Origin: Burkholderiales bacterium
GTDB taxonomy: Bacteria > Pseudomonadota > Gammaproteobacteria > Burkholderiales > SG8-39
DNA: 49,746 nt
Assembly: GCA_049582365.1 (NCBI GenBank)
Contig: JBAUTW010000393.1
Coordinates: 1-49,746 of the forward strand
Direction of reading: 5' to 3'
The notes under the pieces are model-generated. The model saw nothing but the letters and a program-made list of their open reading frames with translations. It was not told where the DNA came from and made no database searches. Below are positions 48,452 to 49,746 of this stretch, piece by piece (positions within the stretch are counted from its first letter, which is position 1; each line of letters opens with the position of its first letter). Made by a program: the position numbers and the translations under genes.

Positions 48452-49746
48452 TCAAACTACCTGTTCTCCGTGCTGGGTAATGTCCAGACCCTCGCGCTCT
48501 TGCTCTTCCGTCACGCGCAAGCCGATGGTCATGTCGATCAACTTGAGAATGATTAACGTAATGATGGCATCGTAAGCTGCGACTCCGGCCACGGCGATGA
48601 TCTGCGTCCACACCTGCCCGCCGTTCCCTTCGAGCATGCCCGCAGTGCCGCCGATCGCTTTGACCGCGAACACGCCGGTGAGAATCGCCCCGACCGTTCC
48701 GCCGATGCCATGCACCCCGAAGGCGTCCAGCGAGTCGTCATAGCCAAGCATGTTCTTCATGTACGTCGCGGTCCAGAAGCAGATCACTCCGCCGGCGATG
48801 CCGATAATGAACGCGCCCATCGGATCAACGAAACCCGACGCCGGGGTGATAGCGACCAAGCCCGCTACTGCGCCCGAGCACATACCCAACAGACTGGGTT
48901 TGCCCTTCGCCATCCACTCGGCAAACATCCAGGCAAGTGCTGCGGTGGCGGTGGCAATCTGCGTCACAGTCATCGCCATTCCGGCACGGCCGCCAGCGCT
49001 GACCGCCGATCCGGCATTGAAGCCGAACCAGCCGACCCACAGAAGCGAGGCCCCGATCATCGTAAGCACCAGGTTGTGCGGCGCCATCACTTCCTTGCCG
49101 TAGCCGAGGCGTTTGCCAAGTACCAGTGCGCAGACCAGACCGGCTACACCTGCGTTGATGTGCACCACCGTGCCGCCAGCGAAGTCGAGCGCGCCCATCT
49201 TGGCCAGCCAGCCGTTCCCCGTCCACACCCAGTGCGCGATCGGGGAGTAGACGAAGATTAGCCATAGGCCCATGAACCACAGTAGGGCGGAGAATTTCAT
49301 TCGATCGGCGAACGCACCCGCGATCAGCGCCGGAGTGATGATGGCGAACGTCATCTGGAAGCTCATGAACACCGACTCGGGCACCGCGCCCGACAGGCTG
49401 CTCACAGTCGTCTTGCCCATTCCGTGCAGGAACATCCGGGATAGATCGCCGACAAACGATCCGCCATTCGTGAACGCCAGGCTGTACCCGATCATGAACC
49501 AGAGCACCGTTACCAAACAGGTTACGACGAAGCTCTGCGCCAGGGTGGCAAGCACGTTCTTCTTCCGCACCATGCCGCCGTAGAACAGTCCCAGGCCCGG
49601 GATTGTCATCATCAGCACAAGCGCCATGGAGGTCATCATCCATGCCGTGTCGCCCGAGTTGATGCTGGGATCCGCATCCGCCGACACAGCCTCTTTGGGT
49701 GCAGGCGCAGCGGCCGGCGCGGGCGCCGCCGCGGGCGCGGCTGCTG
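48452..49746 (-). CDS. amt: Ammonium transporter (5' end beyond window)
   Basis: Contains DTAWMMTSMALVLMMTIPGLGLFYGGMVRKKN and LDFAGGTVVHINAGVAGLV. The reading frame stays open upstream of the track start (49687) to the window edge, through an Ala/Pro-rich stretch. Confidence 0.9.
   Translation of the reverse strand, partial: AAAPAAAPAPAAAPAPKEAVSADADPSINSGDTAWMMTSMALVLMMTIPGLGLFYGGMVRKKNVLATLAQSFVVTCLVTVLWFMIGYSLAFTNGGSFVGDLSRMFLHGMGKTTVSSLSGAVPESVFMSFQMTFAIITPALIAGAFADRMKFSALLWFMGLWLIFVYSPIAHWVWTGNGWLAKMGALDFAGGTVVHINAGVAGLVCALVLGKRLGYGKEVMAPHNLVLTMIGASLLWVGWFGFNAGSAVSAGGRAGMAMTVTQIATATAALAWMFAEWMAKGKPSLLGMCSGAVAGLVAITPASGFVDPMGAFIIGIAGGVICFWTATYMKNMLGYDDSLDAFGVHGIGGTVGAILTGVFAVKAIGGTAGMLEGNGGQVWTQIIAVAGVAAYDAIITLIILKLIDMTIGLRVTEEQEREGLDITQHGEQVV

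Overview
GC-rich proteobacterial chromosome segment covering the replication-origin neighbourhood. It is almost wall-to-wall conserved housekeeping genes.

Gene order:
- Minus strand: atpA(partial)-H-F-E-B-I, parB-parA, rsmG-mnmG.
- An MFS transporter gene and pckG, sitting between mnmG and mnmE.
- Minus strand: mnmE-yidC-yidD-rnpA-rpmH, diverging from dnaA-dnaN-gyrB (no recF).
- Minus strand: topoisomerase III-like gene, smg, dprA and a LysM gene, diverging from def-fmt-rsmB-DUF4390-NtrY/NtrX-like pair-trkA-trkH.
- A small CobW-like gene, DUF423, bTHX and metH.
- A rhodanese/thioesterase/PAS-hemerythrin operon.
- An acyl/aryl-CoA cluster: BadH-like SDR, enoyl-CoA hydratase, TetR; GST-zeta isomerase, FAH hydrolase, aryl-CoA ligase; MarR.
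- A 5'-truncated ammonium transporter gene.

The synteny looks betaproteobacterial, but this is inference from gene order only. I saw no rRNA, tRNA, CRISPR array, transposase, integrase, phage or recognisable defence genes. Most long extra ORFs in the track are out-of-frame or antisense shadow ORFs typical of GC-rich DNA. I did not find a convincing novel multi-gene system.

Best leads, in order:
1. A structured metH leader with a terminator and a 12-nt antiterminator complement, of unassigned riboswitch or attenuator class.
2. Two tandem near-consensus parS sites next to mnmG.
3. A collapsed CobW-like pseudo-GTPase coupled to trkH.
4. An aryl-CoA ligase operon carrying gentisate-type lower-pathway genes but no ring-cleavage dioxygenase, flanked by palindromic operators.
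5. An NtrX-like regulator with a gutted AAA+ core.
6. A bTHX ribosomal protein gene missing from the ORF track.
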